Shown one piece after another: positions 42,360-52,084 of a stretch of 64,000 nucleotides of DNA. The position numbers were made by a program, and so were the translations under genes. The stretch's first letter is position 1; each line of letters starts with the position of its first letter. The stretch spans positions 64,001 through 128,000 of the forward strand of contig CAWBQK010000009.1 of the NCBI GenBank assembly GCA_963791045.1, given 5' to 3'. The notes beneath the pieces are model-generated. The model was not told the origin of the DNA and did not search any database. It saw only the letters and a list, made by a program, of their open reading frames with translations. The DNA is from Candidatus Latescibacterota bacterium. Its GTDB lineage: Bacteria > Krumholzibacteriota > Krumholzibacteriia > WVZY01.

Positions 42360-43766
42360 CTACAGAGAGAAAGAAAAACCAATAATAAAGAGCATGCGCT
42401 GATACGTCACATTGCTGACCAGCTGCAGATTTTCGGGAATGTCCACTTCCTCTTCCAATTCGGGAATGTAAGCCACTTGAACGTCGCTCGCGCCGCGCGC
42501 GTACTGGACCCCGGCTGTCAGATCGAGACCGGCGATTATGAAGGCGGCGCCCGTTGATACGTGGTAAAGATCCCATTCGGTTACGGAGGTCTGCGTGCTC
42601 GGGCTCGGCACCGCAGCGGAACGGTCAGTAAGAAAGCTTAGATACCCGGTGAGCGTTTTGTTGAACACGTGTTGCACGCCGAACGCCATGTTAAAGACCG
42701 ATGTCAGTTCTTGGGATACTCGATTTTTGATCGAAACGCCGGGGATATCCGTCGGGATGGGCTCTACATTCAGCACGTCGTAATGGTCGACCGAGTTGAA
42801 CCACTCCGCGCTTACATGAAGCGATGTGTGCCCCCAGCGGTAGGATCCTCCCGCCGCTATCGAGAACGGCGAGCGGTAGTCCGGCTCCAGGTCCTGTTGT
42901 GAATCCGCCAGAAGCCGAGAGTCCGGCTGGCCGTCGCCGTCGACATCCATCCCAATAATCGACCGGTTGAAATACGCGTCACCCCAACCGAATAACCCCA
43001 CGCTGGGAGTCGTTATCGCCACACCCAGAGTGACGGGATCATCGTCCCAGGCGAGCCCGAATTTCCACACCAGCCTGAAATGGGAATAGCTGAATGCGTC
43101 GGTAAAATCCAATCCCATCCCATAACCATTGTCCGCCACCGCGTTGATCGTCTTCTGGATGCGGGTCCTCTGCCCTCTGTAAGCGACGTACATCGTGCCG
43201 CCAAACCCCACGGTCGGCGAAATCTTGTTTGACCATGTGGCGCCAAACCAGTTCTCCCCCATGTCCTGGTCGGAATAAAACTCAGCGGAATAATCCACCG
43301 AGTCAGGATATTCAGCTATCATCCCCTCCCCGGCGACACTTCTATTAAGACGTACTTTGAATTCCTGCCGGGTCAGTGCCGAATACGCGAGCTGACCGCG
43401 GAGCCAACTGGAAGGAAACAAACCCGTAAAAAGGCTCGGCGCGGGACCGAACCGCGTGTTGGAGAGAGGTTCAATGGCGTCGGATTCGCCGTCAACTTTA
43501 ATATCCACGAGTTCGAACGCGTTCGCACTGAGCAGCACGTCGGGGTTCTCCATCAACGCGATCGTACCGGGGTTGTAGAACGTGGCACTGAGATCCAGAA
43601 AGCTCCCAACAACGGCGCCGCCGAGAAGCTGTGCACGGGTACCGTACTGCTGTGTCCAATAGTGCGTGTCCTGGGCGTTGACAGGCGTGGCGAGCACTGC
43701 GAGCATTGACGCCGCGGCGAATAGGGCGACAATTAGAAGAGATTTCTGCGGGTATCTATTATTCAT
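42360..43766 (-). CDS. FadL/OmpP1-like outer-membrane transporter
   Basis: Signal peptide, YGTRAQLLGG and ATFYNPG hatch motifs, terminal FSFSL. Confidence 0.7.
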   Translation of the reverse strand: MNNRYPQKSLLIVALFAAASMLAVLATPVNAQDTHYWTQQYGTRAQLLGGAVVGSFLDLSATFYNPGTIALMENPDVLLSANAFELVDIKVDGESDAIEPLSNTRFGPAPSLFTGLFPSSWLRGQLAYSALTRQEFKVRLNRSVAGEGMIAEYPDSVDYSAEFYSDQDMGENWFGATWSNKISPTVGFGGTMYVAYRGQRTRIQKTINAVADNGYGMGLDFTDAFSYSHFRLVWKFGLAWDDDPVTLGVAITTPSVGLFGWGDAYFNRSIIGMDVDGDGQPDSRLLADSQQDLEPDYRSPFSIAAGGSYRWGHTSLHVSAEWFNSVDHYDVLNVEPIPTDIPGVSIKNRVSQELTSVFNMAFGVQHVFNKTLTGYLSFLTDRSAAVPSPSTQTSVTEWDLYHVSTGAAFIIAGLDLTAGVQYARGASDVQVAYIPELEEEVDIPENLQLVSNVTYQRMLFIIGFSFSL

Positions 43767-43821
43767 TGTTTTCGATGCTCATCGATGCCACCGGTTGATT
43801 CACCCTCGAGTCACACTTCCG

Positions 43822-44379
43822 CTAGCTCGGGGGAAAGCGCTTGAGCATTTTCTTTACTGCGTCTTCTATGATCGGCCTGTTTTCTCGTGGCCCCGCTTGA
43901 TAGTTCATCTCGGTCATTGATGTTCCCCGCCATATGAGTCGTCGCGACTCCGGATCAAAAATGTCGACAATGATTGTTCCGATGTCCCACTCTTCCGTAT
44001 AACGTGTCGTCACCCTCGGGGCAAAAACCATGTAGTTCATGTACTCGTAGTAGTTCTCGATGTTCCTCTGGTTTAGTTCCTGATCGAGCGCCGCGTGATA
44101 GATCACAAAAAAATCGGGACTGTCAGGGTTCTTCATGTATCCGCGGTCGGCGAGAGCCGCGTCGATAACGTCGGTCAAAGCTTTCCTCACTTTCGGATCG
44201 TTCAGGCGGCGGTCGTCCGAGTCGAATTCGTCCACCGGCAGCCAATTCCAAGTTCGGAAGCTTTTGAAATCTCCTTCAGGGTCAAACTCCGTATGTATCG
44301 TTGTTGGCGAACACCCCATGGTCATCAGCATCATCGCCAACATTATTGTCGCGATCGAAAGCAATAGAACGGATTTCAT
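43822..44379 (-). CDS. DUF4136 lipoprotein (paralog 5)
   Basis: Lipobox TMGC; GTIIVDIFD..LIWRG; FPP; TTGCAT-17-TAGACT promoter upstream. Confidence 0.85.
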   Translation of the reverse strand: MKSVLLLSIATIMLAMMLMTMGCSPTTIHTEFDPEGDFKSFRTWNWLPVDEFDSDDRRLNDPKVRKALTDVIDAALADRGYMKNPDSPDFFVIYHAALDQELNQRNIENYYEYMNYMVFAPRVTTRYTEEWDIGTIIVDIFDPESRRLIWRGTSMTEMNYQAGPRENRPIIEDAVKKMLKRFPPS

Positions 44380-44693
44380 CTTGCGCCTTCCTTTGACCAT
44401 CTTGATCTGCCGGGCCTCCGCGAACGTGTTCAACGCACGCACTTTTCCGGTGAGATTTTTCTCCTCGTGGCGACTAGTCTATCAGGAGGACCGCGCAAAT
44501 GCAAGAATCCATAACTTTCTTAAGTGTTGGGGGTTGACGCGCTCGGCGGCGAGGCCGGATCCAGTGTCAGACGGCGGCGGCGACGTTCACCAGCGTTGCA
44601 TTGACATTGTGTTGCCGTAGTGTCAGTCACGGCAAGAAGCTCGACTTGCGTTTGTCGCGGTGCCGTCCGTGGCGCACGAACTCTGCCCGCGTT

Positions 44694-44767
44694 CGTCGTG
44701 GCCGCGCAACATGTTCGTTGTCGCACCGTCCGTCGTGGCAGCGCAACACGTTCGTTGCCGCACCGCC
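44694..44767. repeat. Two tandem 37-bp direct repeats with internal hairpin
   Basis: CGTCGTGGCCGCGCAACATGTTCGTTGTCGCACCGTC and CGTCGTGGCAGCGCAACACGTTCGTTGCCGCACCGCC, 33/37 identical. Confidence 0.85.
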
Positions 44768-44949
44768 CTTCGCGCGAGGCCCTGCTTGCGATCGTATTCG
44801 TGTCACCCAGCAAGCGTGAGCGCCATGGCAACCATCGAAACTTTTTCGTTTTTGTTTCATTTTTTTCTTGACGGCTTTTTGAACGCGTTTTTTTGTTCGT
44901 CGCGATCGTGTTGTGATTTTGTGTTGTGCGTTATTGTGCGCGCCGTGGG

Positions 44950-44982
44950 AACGTCTTGATTTTATCGAGACGTTTTTGTTTT
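44950..44982 (+). terminator. Terminator-like hairpin upstream of the HNH promoter
   Basis: AACGTCTTGAT-TTT-ATCGAGACGTT (11 bp, one G-U pair) followed by TTTGTTTT. Confidence 0.55.
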
Positions 44983-45034
44983 GTCGTGTCGTGTTATGCG
45001 TTGTCGCATGCCGTGCGGAAGCCAAAAACCCTCG

Positions 45035-45043
45035 TGTTATAAT
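45035..45043 (+). promoter_or_regulatory. Extended -10 sigma-70 promoter of the HNH gene
   Basis: TG-T-TATAAT, ~80 nt upstream of GGGAGG and ATG 45125. Confidence 0.65.
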
Positions 45044-45124
45044 ATTAGTGTTGACGATCCTCCCCGTTGACACGTGCAGCTGTCGTAAGTCAACATCCAC
45101 GACGTTTTCCCCGGGAGGTTCCCC

Positions 45125-46439
45125 ATGGCTCCAATCATCGCTCGCAAGTCTTTCCGACAAGATGCTCCTCTCCCGCCTCCACAAACTCGTCGCACGGGAG
45201 AAACAAACAACGCTATCAATCCTGCTTCATCTCGCCGAAGTCGAACGAAGAGATCTCTATCTCGAGTACGGGTTCAGTTCGCTCTTTGACTATTGTGTGG
45301 GCGCCCTCGGGTACTCACGCTCGGCGGCGGGCCGAAGAATCGCTACGGCCCGGTGCGTCTACCGTTACCCCGAGATCTTTGATCTTCTTGATTCGGGCGA
45401 GGTGAACTTGAGTACAGTCGGTCTTGTCGCGCCCGTACTCGACGCCAAAAACAAGGACCTTCTTTTCGGCGAAATCAAGGGCAAGACCCAGCGCCAGGTC
45501 GAGTCGATTGTCGCCAGATACAAACCACCGGTGGCGTACCGTGACCGGGTGCGGCCGGTCCGAGTGGCCGTGCCGCCGAATACCCAGAACCCCACGAATC
45601 GCCGTAACCCGTTGATTTTTAACTCCCGCTGCGGGAGTACTCATCGAAGTAATTCCGGAATAGTTGAATCGGATGGGCGAGAAGGGCGAATTTCGAAAGA
45701 CGAGGCATTCGCCAGGCTCGGGTCGCAGCCGTCCACAAAACCGATTGGCGACCTAACGAAAACCGACCCGCGGAATCCCTCAACTTCGAAAAGCACAGAT
45801 GGCACGTCCCGGATAGAAAAGCGATTGCTCATTCAGTTTCTTGCGAGTGAAGCATTCATGGGCAAGCTCGACGAGGTCAAGTCGCTACTGTCGAACAAGA
45901 TGCCCGGCGCTACTTTCGAAGAGGTTTTTGAAGCAGTCATGGACGAGTTCATCGATCGGCACAGCCCGGAGGCGCGCCACAAACGACGGGAGAAACGCCG
46001 GACCAAGAAGCTCGAGGAACAAAACGAGAAACAAGATCGGGAACCCAAGCGCAAAGGAAAGGCCGACGGAAACAAACGACGAAACGATAAGCAGAAACCC
46101 ACGGGAAAAGGAGGGGCTGTCGGGAACGAACGACGAACAGAGAAGCGGCAGCCCGCTATTGCTCGTATGGGCGCCGAAAACAAACGCACGCGGCACATTT
46201 CAGCGGAGGTAAAAGACACCGTGTTCAAACGCGACGGTGGGAAGTGCACGTTCATCGGCAAAGATAACAAACGCTGCAACTCGACATGGGGGCTCGAGAT
46301 CGACCACGTCAAGCCGTTCGCAAAGGGCGGCGGAAATACCAAAGACAACCTGAGGCTTCTGTGCGGGAGACATAATCGTCTGGCCGCCGAGAAGGTTTAC
46401 GGCAAAGGGTTCATGGAAGGGCACTACAAGAGAGAATAG
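45125..46439 (+). CDS. DUF222-like N-terminal domain + HNH endonuclease (probable selfish element); +1 base near 45131
   Basis: LSD..LL..L..LV..E...LLHLAEVERR.LY...GFSSLFDYC N-domain; RHISAEVK..VFKRDGGKC...C......EIDH.KPFAKGG.N..NLRLLCGRHN HNH domain. The RBS-linked ATG 45125 is one base out of frame; the next in-frame ATG is 45162. Confidence 0.85.
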
Positions 46440-46464
46440 ACGTCGAGGAAATCGCCCGACCCCG

Positions 46465-47376
46465 TCAATCAGAATCATTCGAACGGCCACCGTCCCGCCC
46501 GACAGCATCAGATTCCGATTCGCCCGAAACATAAGCATCGATACGTGCGGCGAGCTTGTCGATCGCCGTCTGCTGGGATTCCTTGATTTTCTTCCGGGCG
46601 ATGCTCTTCTGGATCCCACCCATCCCAACGGTCCTGGAATAGTTGACATAGTAGAGCGCGAGCCCGCCGGGAACGGCAACAAACGCCTTGATGCTTTCTT
46701 TGAAATAAACGGGCTGATAATCATCTCCCCCGTCATTCTTGATCGCCTGGGAATGCTGAATGGAAACACCCTCCCGGCGGAACTCATCCAGATGGCTGCA
46801 GTACTTGATCGGCGACAAGAGCACTTTAACGCCTTCCAGTTCGAGACAGGTTTCGTCACCTTCCCTTTTTATCTCTTTGATTCGCGAAGATACGCTTTTG
46901 CGAAAATCGGGATCGACATAGATCCGGAGCGCGGCTTCAGGTGTAATATTCGGGTGGTCGAAGAATGCCAACACTTCCGTGCGGACAAAACTCTTTTCGA
47001 ATTTCGTCACCATTTTTCCGAGAGCGTCGGAGTCCTTTCCGGTCAGAAAACCCGGGTCGAGTGCGGTCACCGTTATGAACGGACTTCTTTCCCCTTTCAA
47101 CAGCAGTTCGAACTGTCTCGACACGTCGGCAAATATACGCTGGCGTATCCCCTCGGCCAGATCCGAAGCATAGCCCTCATCGAACTCTTTCTTCTTCTCG
47201 GTCGCATAGAGTTCAACCTGCCCGGGAACGCGTTCGTGGATCGTGAGAGACTCTCCCCACCGCTCAACCGAGAGAACAGTTTCCTCCACGGTTTCCGCCC
47301 GAAGCCCGGACACGGCGCCAGCCACCAACGAAACAATCGCAAAACCCACAAACATCAGTCGTGGAAACAACTTCAA
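46465..47376 (-). CDS. Hypothetical secreted protein
   Basis: Signal peptide and 303-aa ORF with normal composition; no family recognised. Confidence 0.6.
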   Translation of the reverse strand: MKLFPRLMFVGFAIVSLVAGAVSGLRAETVEETVLSVERWGESLTIHERVPGQVELYATEKKKEFDEGYASDLAEGIRQRIFADVSRQFELLLKGERSPFITVTALDPGFLTGKDSDALGKMVTKFEKSFVRTEVLAFFDHPNITPEAALRIYVDPDFRKSVSSRIKEIKREGDETCLELEGVKVLLSPIKYCSHLDEFRREGVSIQHSQAIKNDGGDDYQPVYFKESIKAFVAVPGGLALYYVNYSRTVGMGGIQKSIARKKIKESQQTAIDKLAARIDAYVSGESESDAVGRDGGRSNDSD

Positions 47377-47506
47377 CCTCCGAAAAATTCACAATGGATC
47401 ACAAACCGTACGTGCCTATATTTATACAATATAAAGGAATCAGAGTTCACATTTCCAGTCAGGTTGGGTCTCGCGGCCCTCTACTACCAGGAAGCATATC
47501 CGACAG

Positions 47507-48565
47507 TTACTTGAGCGCAGTCCTGAAGGCGACGCCGTAGATATCCCACACGGTAACAAAAAGTGCGGCGACAACTGGACCAAGGATGAACCCGACGACA
47601 CCAAACGACATGATCCCGCCCAGGGTGGCGAAGAGAATCAACAGTTCGTGAAGTTTGGCATCGCGGCCGACGAGGATGGGACGAAGAATATTATCCGCGC
47701 TCCCGACAACAAGCCCGCAAAACAACCCAAGAAGAATGCCCTTGAGAATCTGCCCGACGGCCAGAAAATAGAACACCGCCGGCGCCCACACGAGCGCCGT
47801 TCCGATGCCCGGTATGACCGAAAGCATCACCATTATGGTTCCCCAGAACACGGCGCCTTGAACCCCGGCAACGGCCAGCGCGAACCCGGCGAGCCCGCCC
47901 TGAACGACTCCGATAACCAGAGTGCCCTTTATGGTAGCGCGGCTCACCGACGCAAACTTGCCCACGAGATTCTCTTTGTCCGTGTCCTGCAGCGGAATGT
48001 ACGAAAGAAACTTGTCGAGCAGCGTCCTTCCATCTTTGAGAAAGAAGAACATGGCGTATAACATGAGCGAGAGTTGAAAAAAGAACGCCACCGTCCGGCG
48101 CGTTGTGGTGGAAAGCCCGGCGACGAGGAAGTTGCCGATCGTTCCCGCCGCCTGGCCGAGTTTTTTGAGAATCTCCACACGGTAGGGCTCGATCCGCTCG
48201 AGCACCGGATAATCGGCGACCATCTTTGTAAAGAGGTCCGGTTTGTTCACCTGTTTCTCGATCCACGGCCCGGCCACCACGGCCACGCTCAATGCCTGCG
48301 AAGCCACAACCCCCAGAAACGTGAGAAGCGGCCCCACGATCAGCACAAGAATCAATATCAAAGAAAGAACCGACGCCAGGGCACGCCGCCCCCGGCAGAG
48401 CCTGACCAGCCAATTGAAAAGCGGCTGCGCGAGCGCGCTGAATATGGCAGCCAGGAGAATCGTAAGAAGAAACTGGCGGATCATCGACACAAACATCGCG
48501 GATATCGCAACGAGCAAGACAACGAGAAACACGATCCGGACTCTGTCTTGACTGGGTTGTGCCAT
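47507..48565 (-). CDS. AI-2E family transporter
   Basis: FFFLKDG, SVIPGIGTALVW, DNILRPILVG, GFILGPV. Confidence 0.92.
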   Translation of the reverse strand: MAQPSQDRVRIVFLVVLLVAISAMFVSMIRQFLLTILLAAIFSALAQPLFNWLVRLCRGRRALASVLSLILILVLIVGPLLTFLGVVASQALSVAVVAGPWIEKQVNKPDLFTKMVADYPVLERIEPYRVEILKKLGQAAGTIGNFLVAGLSTTTRRTVAFFFQLSLMLYAMFFFLKDGRTLLDKFLSYIPLQDTDKENLVGKFASVSRATIKGTLVIGVVQGGLAGFALAVAGVQGAVFWGTIMVMLSVIPGIGTALVWAPAVFYFLAVGQILKGILLGLFCGLVVGSADNILRPILVGRDAKLHELLILFATLGGIMSFGVVGFILGPVVAALFVTVWDIYGVAFRTALK

Positions 48566-48683
48566 GTGAGACGATCCTCCCATCAGCGATCAAACAACCG
48601 TACGCGCCGGCTCACGCCGGTTCCCGCCGACCGATGCGTGCGACCAATCAAATACCCTGTATACCGTCGCGATCCTGCCGAGA

Positions 48684-49457
48684 TTACCAGATCTCTCTCT
48701 GAGCAGAGACATCGTAGACCCTGAGTGCGAATCCGGGCATTTCTCCGACTATTTCCGGGTAACCGTCCCCATTCATGTCGATCAGCCTGATTCGTGTTCC
48801 GAACGTGCCCGATGCCACATTGCTCGGCTCCACCGTGTAAAACCGCGAGTCGATTATCTTTCCGGTGTTGAGAATGATTTCCGGTTGAGGATCATCATCG
48901 ACGTTGGCCACGAGAATCTCCTGCGCCTCGTAGCGATCCTGACTCCGCCATTCCAGGGCCGTGCTCTCGCTGTCATAGATATTGAGGAAGCCATCGCCAA
49001 TAAAGATCAACTCTTTTTGCGGGTCGTTGTCAATGTTCTCGATCGCCATACAGGAAATGGTTTCGAAGGGCTCGAGAAAGTTCTCGCCGAGACGCTCGAA
49101 ATTGATGGCATCAAAAACAATAATCCGCCCCCTCGCCGTCGACACGACCAGATGCGGCGGACCACCCTCTCTCAACTCGGTGACGTTGAGCGACGTGACG
49201 GCTGAACCCATGGTGGCCGTTTCCCAGATCATCTCGGTGCGGTCGCCCTTGACACCATACACGTGGAGATGAGCCGCCACATCCGAGTACAAGAATCTGA
49301 CGGGGTGCTCCTCTGTGCCATCGAGTACGACAAAATATTTGTAAGCCGTATCAAACTTCTCGAGCAAATTGACGTTGAGTTCGGCGGATGTCGCCACATC
49401 GCTGCAACCAACATTGGTGACAAAAAACAAAAAAACCATAAGGACGATTTTCTTCAT
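48684..49457 (-). CDS. Secreted/lipoprotein with FG-GAP/VCBS-like Asp repeats
   Basis: Possible lipobox NVGC; NIDNDPQKEL, NVDDDPQPEI and DMNGDGYPEI repeats. Confidence 0.65.
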   Translation of the reverse strand: MKKIVLMVFLFFVTNVGCSDVATSAELNVNLLEKFDTAYKYFVVLDGTEEHPVRFLYSDVAAHLHVYGVKGDRTEMIWETATMGSAVTSLNVTELREGGPPHLVVSTARGRIIVFDAINFERLGENFLEPFETISCMAIENIDNDPQKELIFIGDGFLNIYDSESTALEWRSQDRYEAQEILVANVDDDPQPEIILNTGKIIDSRFYTVEPSNVASGTFGTRIRLIDMNGDGYPEIVGEMPGFALRVYDVSAQREIW

Positions 49458-49599
49458 AACGGGGATCTCCTTTCGCAGCCCCTTGGGCCGGTCGATTAAC
49501 TTTCAGATATATGATACCATTATATTTAAACACCCGAAAGATAAAGCTTTTCCCAAAAAAGCCCCCAGTGTATACTAGCCGCAACCAAGGAAACCACTT

Positions 49600-50145
49600 A
49601 TGAAGACCGTTTTGAGCATAGCCGTCATCGCTATCGTCGTATTCGTTGCCGGATGTTCCTCGATGAGCGTGCATCACGATGTGGACAAGTCCGCCGATTT
49701 CTCCGTTTACAAGACTTTCCGCTTCACAGATTCCGCAGACATCGATACCGGCGCCGACGCGGATCAGACCGATTCCAAGGACTCTCCGATGGGGCATGCC
49801 GAATCGACGACAAGAGAGTTGCTCGTGGAGAAAGGGCTGAAATTCGATCCCGATAATCCGGACCTTTTGGTCACATTCCACAGCGGCGAAGAAAACAAAA
49901 TCGATGTGGACGGCTTCGGGTACTCGTACAGCGGCGAATATTCTGGATGGCAGGACGCAGGAATTGGTATTTATCCATACAAAGAGGGGACACTCGTTGT
50001 CGATCTCGTCGACGCGAGGACAAAAAATCTCGTGTGGCGGGGCTCGGCCCAGGGGGTCATGTATACCGGGACAAAGGGGCAACGCAACAAGTTGATTACA
50101 AAGGCGCTCAATGAGATGTTTGAGAAGTACCCGCCCTCATATTAG
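49600..50145 (+). CDS. DUF4136 lipoprotein (paralog 6)
   Basis: Lipobox VAGC; YKEGTLVVDLVD..LVWRG; YPP. Confidence 0.85.
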   Translation: MKTVLSIAVIAIVVFVAGCSSMSVHHDVDKSADFSVYKTFRFTDSADIDTGADADQTDSKDSPMGHAESTTRELLVEKGLKFDPDNPDLLVTFHSGEENKIDVDGFGYSYSGEYSGWQDAGIGIYPYKEGTLVVDLVDARTKNLVWRGSAQGVMYTGTKGQRNKLITKALNEMFEKYPPSY

Positions 50146-50191
50146 TCAAAACTATCGAATCCATATTTGACCGGAAAAAAGGAGACCGTAG

Positions 50192-51193
50192 ATGCCCTTC
50201 AACATTCGACACCGGCATTTTCTCAAGCTCGAAGATTTCACACCGGAAGAAATCATGTTCCTGCTCAATCTCTCGAAAGATCTCAAGGCGGCTAAATACG
50301 CCGGGCTCGAGGCGCCGCGGATGACGGGCAAAAATATCGCCTTAATTTTCGAAAAAACCTCGACGCGCACGAGATGCGCGTTCGAAGTCGCAGCGTACGA
50401 CCAGGGCGCCCACGTGACCTATCTCGGGCCCTCGGGATCGCAGATCGGGCACAAGGAATCGATGAAGGACACGGCGCGTGTGCTGGGACGGATGTACGAC
50501 GGAATCGAGTACAGGGGTTTTGGTCAGAGTATCGTCGAAGAGTTGGCCGAATATGCCGGGGTTCCCGTTTGGAACGGGCTGACCGATGAATTTCACCCCA
50601 CGCAGATCGTCGCCGACTTCTTAACCATGATGGAGCACACGGATAAGCCTCTAAAACAAGTGAAGTTCTGCTATCTCGGCGACGCAGGGAACAATGTGGC
50701 CAATTCGCTCCTCGTCGGCGCGGCCAAGCTGGGGATGGACGCCCGGTTCGCCGCCCCCAAGGAATGCTGGCCCGAACCGGACCTCGTCGAGAGGTGCAAG
50801 ATTCTGGCAAAATCGAGCGGCGCCAAACTCAGAATGACCGAGAACGTCACGACCGGTGTCAAGGGCGCCGACTTTCTTTACACGGATGTATGGGTCTCGA
50901 TGGGTGAGCCCGAGTCCAAGTGGAAGGAACGAATCAAACTTCTCAAGCCGTACCAGGTGAATGCCAAGGCGATCGCGGCGACCGGAAACCGCAATGTCAA
51001 ATTCCTCCACTGTCTTCCCGCGTTTCACAACAGGGAGACCAAGGTCGGAGAGGACATTTACAAGAAGTACAAGTTGGACGGGCTGGAGGTTACCGAAGAC
51101 GTTTTTGAGTCGCCGCACTCGATAGTGTTCGACCAGGCGGAGAACCGCGTCCACACGATCAAAGCTATCATGGTGGCGACAATCGGCGACTGA
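50192..51193 (+). CDS. argF: Ornithine carbamoyltransferase (ArgF/ArcB)
   Basis: [30 protein letters not shown]. Confidence 0.95.
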   Translation: MPFNIRHRHFLKLEDFTPEEIMFLLNLSKDLKAAKYAGLEAPRMTGKNIALIFEKTSTRTRCAFEVAAYDQGAHVTYLGPSGSQIGHKESMKDTARVLGRMYDGIEYRGFGQSIVEELAEYAGVPVWNGLTDEFHPTQIVADFLTMMEHTDKPLKQVKFCYLGDAGNNVANSLLVGAAKLGMDARFAAPKECWPEPDLVERCKILAKSSGAKLRMTENVTTGVKGADFLYTDVWVSMGEPESKWKERIKLLKPYQVNAKAIAATGNRNVKFLHCLPAFHNRETKVGEDIYKKYKLDGLEVTEDVFESPHSIVFDQAENRVHTIKAIMVATIGD

Positions 51194-51261
51194 CCCGCGC
51201 TGTCTCACCACGGCACCGCGAGCAATCACGGAGAATGTTTATGAAAGCAAAGGAGTGGCAC

Positions 51262-51948
51262 ATGAGAAAATGGATTCCAGGTGTCGTTGCGGCCGTCATG
51301 CTGATCGCCGTCGTTCTTCCCAACGCGGCGATGGCGCAGAGCTGGAAAATGAGAGTCTCCGGCGGATTGAGCAACGCGAACTTATACGGTGGATCCACGA
51401 TGTTTGGATCGGAAGACAGGAACGGATTCGCCGCATTGCTGGCCGCGGAGTACCTCCGGCAAGAAGAGGATACGTGGGGTTTTGAGTTTGGCCTCGGTTA
51501 CGTAGAAAAAGGAGCCAAAGGCCAGATCCAGTACAATCCCGCGGACCCATACGAACCGCTCCCCGAAGGCTTCGATTTAGACGGAGAGTTTAAACTCGGT
51601 TATATCGAACTGAACCTCTTATTCAACGCGCACCTGATGACGAGCAAAACAACCGAACTCAGGGTCTACTTGGGACCATCGCTGGGGAACCTCGTCAGCG
51701 CGAAATTGACGGGCACCGAGAGCGGTGAGAACGTTGACGAAGACATCAAAGACAACATCGACACGTTCGACTTCGGAGCAACCGCGGGCGTCGCATTCGC
51801 CTACGAGTTCAGCAAGCTCTCCGTTTATGCCGAGGTACGCGGAATAATGGGTGGCACATCGATCACGAAAGAGGAGCTCGAATCGGATGTGAAGACCCGC
51901 ACACTCCTGTTTATGGCTGGCATCGAGATACCCCTCACCGGCAAATAG
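51262..51948 (+). CDS. Porin-family outer-membrane beta-barrel (OMP_b-brl_2-like)
   Basis: AGGAG RBS, signal peptide; YVEKGAK, LGYIEL, YLGPS and FDFG motifs. Confidence 0.8.
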   Translation: MRKWIPGVVAAVMLIAVVLPNAAMAQSWKMRVSGGLSNANLYGGSTMFGSEDRNGFAALLAAEYLRQEEDTWGFEFGLGYVEKGAKGQIQYNPADPYEPLPEGFDLDGEFKLGYIELNLLFNAHLMTSKTTELRVYLGPSLGNLVSAKLTGTESGENVDEDIKDNIDTFDFGATAGVAFAYEFSKLSVYAEVRGIMGGTSITKEELESDVKTRTLLFMAGIEIPLTGK

Positions 51949-51988
51949 AGCGCGGATCGAACCCCGGAATTCAACCGGGCACAAACAA

Positions 51989-52041
51989 CGAACCACCCAG
52001 GACCTCTGAAATTACGACGGTCCCGGGTGGTTCGCTTTTTA
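51989..52041 (+). terminator. Intrinsic terminator between convergent genes
   Basis: CGAACCACCCAGGACC...GGTCCCGGGTGGTTCG followed by a T-run. Confidence 0.6.
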
Positions 52042-52084
52042 TCTGTCTTCGATGATTGTCGCCGATCGCCGCGACCGGCAAGGA

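Noticed and set aside
44694-44767. CRISPR or TIGR array
   Set aside because: Only two abutting units with no unique spacers, no cas genes, and no recognisable Nop domain in the adjacent HNH protein.
44913-45124. 70-aa N-terminal extension of the HNH ORF given in the ORF track
   Set aside because: It is Cys/Val-rich translation of GT-rich non-coding DNA and spans the terminator, promoter and RBS.
44510-46464. Classical IS element with terminal inverted repeats or target duplication
   Set aside because: No DDE, HUH or serine transposase motif, and no matching ends were found.
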